Assembly (NCBI GenBank): GCA_016926255.1
Contig: JAFGOY010000012.1
Location: forward strand, 14,172-78,171
DNA from: Anaerolineae bacterium
GTDB lineage: Bacteria > Chloroflexota > Anaerolineae > Aggregatilineales > UBA3940
DNA: 64,000 nt
Direction: 5' to 3'
Shown here: one piece after another, positions 61,343-64,000 of the stretch
How positions within the stretch are numbered: position 1 is the stretch's first letter
How the letters are laid out: each line of letters starts with the position of its first letter
Made by a program: the position numbers and the translations under genes
The notes under the pieces: generated by a model
The model's input: only the letters and a program-made list of their open reading frames with translations
Told to the model about the DNA's origin: nothing
The model's database searches: none

Positions 61343-62758
61343 ATGCCTGATGAAGCAAAACAGCTAGAAGGCATCAAAGATAGTTACGCCGACAAGTACG
61401 GCTTTCATGTTCGTGAAAACTACGTGTTCAGGGCACGCCGGGGGCTGAACCGCGAGATCGTCGAGGAAATATCGTGGATGAAGGGCGAACCCGACTGGAT
61501 GCGCAACATCCGGCTGAAGGCGCTCGAACACTTCTTTGAGCGCCCGATGCCCAACTGGGGAGCCGATCTCAGCGAGATCGATTTCGACAATATCTTCTAC
61601 TTCGTCCGTGCGACCGAAGAACAGACCGCCGACTGGGACATGGTTCCCGACGAGATCAAGGAAACCTTCGACAAGCTGGGCATTCCCGAAGCCGAGCGCA
61701 AGTTCCTGGCGGGTGCGGGTGCGCAGTACGAGTCGGAGGTGATTTACCATAAAATCCGTGAAGACCTTGCGGCCCAGGGCGTGGTGTTCCTCAGTATGGA
61801 CGAGGGACTCAAACAACATCCCGACCTGGTGAAGGAATATTTCACCAAGATCATCCCCTATAACGACAACAAGTTCGCCGCGCTGAATACCGCCGTCTGG
61901 TCAGGTGGGTCGTTCATCTACGTTCCGCCGGGCGTCGAATTGACGATGCCGCTCCAGGCTTATTTCCGCATCAATACGATGAATATGGGCCAGTTCGAGC
62001 GGACGCTGATCATCGTCGACGAGGGCGCGTTCGTCCACTACGTCGAGGGCTGCACCGCGCCGATCTATTCGAGCGATAGCCTGCATGCGGCGGTCGTGGA
62101 GATCATCGTCAAGGAAGGGGCACGCTGCCGCTACTCGACCATCCAGAACTGGTCGAACAACGTGTACAACCTGGTCACTAAGCGGGCGGTCGCCTATAAA
62201 AATGCGACGATGGAATGGGTCGACGGGAACATCGGCAGTAAGATCACGATGAAATATCCCGCCGTCCACCTGATGGAACCCGGCGCGCACGGCGAAGTAT
62301 TATCGATTGCCTTTGCGGGCAAAGGACAGATACAGGACGCAGGGGCGAAGATCGTCCATGCCGCGCCATATACTACGAGTAAGGTCACCAGCAAATCGAT
62401 CAGCATTGACGGCGGGCAGGCGAGTTATCGCGGCCTGCTGAAAGTCTACGAGGGAGCGCATCACACAAAGAGCAACGTGGTGTGTGACGCGCTGCTCCTC
62501 GACGACAAGTCGCGCTCGGACACTTACCCCTATATCGAGATCGACGAGGCAGACGTGACCATCGGCCACGAGGCGTCGGTCAGCAAGGTGGGGGAGGATC
62601 AGCTTTTCTACCTGATGAGCCGGGGCCTGACCGAAGAACAGGCCAACGCGATGGTAGTCAATGGGTTTATCGAGCCGCTGGTCAAAGAACTGCCGATGGA
62701 ATACGCGATGGAACTCAACCGCCTGATCCAGATTCAGATGGAAGGCAGTATCGGATAG
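61343..62758 (+). CDS. sufB: Fe-S cluster assembly scaffold SufB
   Basis: 471 aa with [11 protein letters not shown] and the beta-helix core typical of SufB. Confidence 0.95.
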   Translation: MPDEAKQLEGIKDSYADKYGFHVRENYVFRARRGLNREIVEEISWMKGEPDWMRNIRLKALEHFFERPMPNWGADLSEIDFDNIFYFVRATEEQTADWDMVPDEIKETFDKLGIPEAERKFLAGAGAQYESEVIYHKIREDLAAQGVVFLSMDEGLKQHPDLVKEYFTKIIPYNDNKFAALNTAVWSGGSFIYVPPGVELTMPLQAYFRINTMNMGQFERTLIIVDEGAFVHYVEGCTAPIYSSDSLHAAVVEIIVKEGARCRYSTIQNWSNNVYNLVTKRAVAYKNATMEWVDGNIGSKITMKYPAVHLMEPGAHGEVLSIAFAGKGQIQDAGAKIVHAAPYTTSKVTSKSISIDGGQASYRGLLKVYEGAHHTKSNVVCDALLLDDKSRSDTYPYIEIDEADVTIGHEASVSKVGEDQLFYLMSRGLTEEQANAMVVNGFIEPLVKELPMEYAMELNRLIQIQMEGSIG

Positions 62759-62945
62759 AGTGTTGTAGAGGGTGAGGTCAGGGGCTCCGCCCCTGTGCCC
62801 CCGCAACCTTTTAGAAAAAGGTTGACCAAAACTAATCATTCAATTTTCGGGCACAGCCCCAAAATTGGTATAAGGGTTCAGGGAAACCAAGGGGGATGTT
62901 TGGGCAAAGCCCCGGATACCAGTAAATATATTGGAGTTATTGACG
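62759..62945. repeat. 187-nt hairpin-rich spacer between sufB and sufD (CAGGGGC-TCC-GCCCCTG; CAACCTTTT-AGA-AAAAGGTTG; GGGCACAGCCCC and GGGCAAAGCCCC units)
   Basis: Read directly. It resembles the G/C-arm hairpin repeats seen in other intergenic regions of this window. Confidence 0.6.
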
Positions 62946-64000
62946 TTGGCAAGACGACGAGAAACATTGAAAGAAGTGACCTTCCCGATCAGCCGTGATG
63001 ACGTGGTCGGATTATCGGAGCGGTTGGACGAGCCGAAGTGGCTGCGCGAGAAGCGGCTTGAAGCGTGGGAACTGGCCGAATCGCTGCCGATGCCCACTAC
63101 CAAAGACGAACCCTGGCGGCGCACCGATCTGCGCCGGGTGGACTGGACTCAGGCCAACCACCTGGTCAACCCCAATGGTTCGGTGAGCATCGGGCAGGTG
63201 CCGACGGAACTCTACCGCCCGCTGATCGGAGACCGGCAGGGCGGGCTGCTCGTGTTCGTTGACGGGAAGCTGGTTTATACCGAGTGCTCCGAAGAGCTGG
63301 ACGCGAAGGGCGTGGTCTTTACCGATCTCTCCACCGCGTGGCGGGATCATCGGGAGCTGGTCGAGCAGACTTTCATGACTCAGGCCGTCAAGCCCGACGA
63401 GGGGAAGTTTGCGGCGCTGCACGCGGCATTGTGGACTCATGGCGTATTTCTCTACGTACCTGCCGGGGTGGAGGTCGAGCAGCCGCTGCACAGCGTCGAA
63501 TATACAACCGGCGATGATCTGACCAGCACGCATATCCTGGCGGTGCTTGAAAATGGCGCAAGCGCCACCTATCTACATGAGAGTGTTTCACCTGACCGGC
63601 GCGAGCAGGCCGTGCACATGGGCGCGACCGAACTGCTGGTTGGCGATGAGGCGAATCTGCACTATGTGGGTCTCCAGAACTGGAACGAGAGTACGGTCAA
63701 TATCAGCCACCAGCGCGGGCGCGTCGAACGGGGCGGCCAGTTGGATTGGGTCAGCGGGGAGATGGGGACACGGTTCAGTAAGGTGTTCCAGACTCTCGAT
63801 CTCGACGGCGACGACTCGTCGGGGCGGATATCGGGGCTGTATTTCACGCATGGCCGCCAGCATCTCGACATCGACACGCAGCAGAATCACCGCGCACTGA
63901 GGACGACGAGCGACCTGCTCTACAAGGGCGTGCTCAAAGAAAAGAGTCACACCGTGTGGCAGGGGATGATCCTGGTCGAACCGGGCGCGCAGCGCACCGA
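62946..64000 (+). CDS. sufD: Fe-S cluster assembly protein SufD (partial, runs off the window), probable TTG start
   Basis: The frame reads ..LARRRETLKEVTFPISRDDVVGLSERLDEPKWLREKRLEAWELAESLPMPTTKDEPWRRTDL... and continues to the window end, a typical SufD N-terminus and beta-helix. There is no in-frame ATG. The TTG at 62946 lies 9 nt after GGAG. The track missed this ORF. Confidence 0.8.
   Translation, partial: MARRRETLKEVTFPISRDDVVGLSERLDEPKWLREKRLEAWELAESLPMPTTKDEPWRRTDLRRVDWTQANHLVNPNGSVSIGQVPTELYRPLIGDRQGGLLVFVDGKLVYTECSEELDAKGVVFTDLSTAWRDHRELVEQTFMTQAVKPDEGKFAALHAALWTHGVFLYVPAGVEVEQPLHSVEYTTGDDLTSTHILAVLENGASATYLHESVSPDRREQAVHMGATELLVGDEANLHYVGLQNWNESTVNISHQRGRVERGGQLDWVSGEMGTRFSKVFQTLDLDGDDSSGRISGLYFTHGRQHLDIDTQQNHRALRTTSDLLYKGVLKEKSHTVWQGMILVEPGAQRT

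Overview
This 64 kb window is a gene-dense chromosomal segment from a high-GC bacterium. The lines I counted were roughly 60-70% GC in most genes. Several genes fall to about 43-48% GC. The gene content suggests an environmental Chloroflexota-like organism: many lipoproteins with PT-rich or acidic linkers, a choice-of-anchor-Q type beta-helix protein, SufR-type regulators, and abundant G/C-arm intergenic hairpin repeats. That is only an inference; I cannot confirm taxonomy from sequence alone. I support about 57 protein-coding genes, 2 tRNAs (Glu-UUC and Val-GAC), several sigma70-like promoters, rho-independent terminators and at least four families of short dispersed repeats. I found no rRNA, CRISPR array, transposase, integrase or phage genes.

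Recognisable housekeeping and accessory functions:
- a truncated sugar-alcohol/aldolase locus
- an M28 peptidase, an amidase and FdhD
- a DUF485-ActP acetate permease pair
- a stand-alone DnaE2-type polymerase
- an MFS transporter and an ABC exporter
- an LRR protein, PlsC and an orphan OmpR-type response regulator
- a P-loop/RCK/PP2C/GT-C/DsbA gene string
- three clustered SGNH-type genes
- two SufR-like regulators, an IscA/HesB protein, a SufT-like DUF59 protein and sufCBD (sufD runs off the window)

Most interesting items:
1. A duplicated cassette encodes two 51-aa proteins that the ORF track missed. Each copy has a conserved upstream operator/promoter block and its own terminator. The cassette lies directly downstream of the orphan response regulator.
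2. A tightly packed five-gene operon (beta-helix lipoprotein, VOC, GT1 glycosyltransferase, Cys-rich protein, amidohydrolase) contains a strongly low-GC glycosyltransferase.
3. A tandem pair of lipoproteins (two PPC-like domains plus an unrecognised C-terminal domain) was duplicated together with its regulatory motif and terminator.
4. An orphan LysW-like zinc-ribbon protein carries a long acidic tail.
5. A C25-like peptidase and an FHA membrane protein form a two-gene operon inside the Fe-S gene neighbourhood.
6. An SGNH paralog has Cys in place of the nucleophile Ser.

All functional calls come from motif recognition by eye on the supplied translations. No database search was possible.
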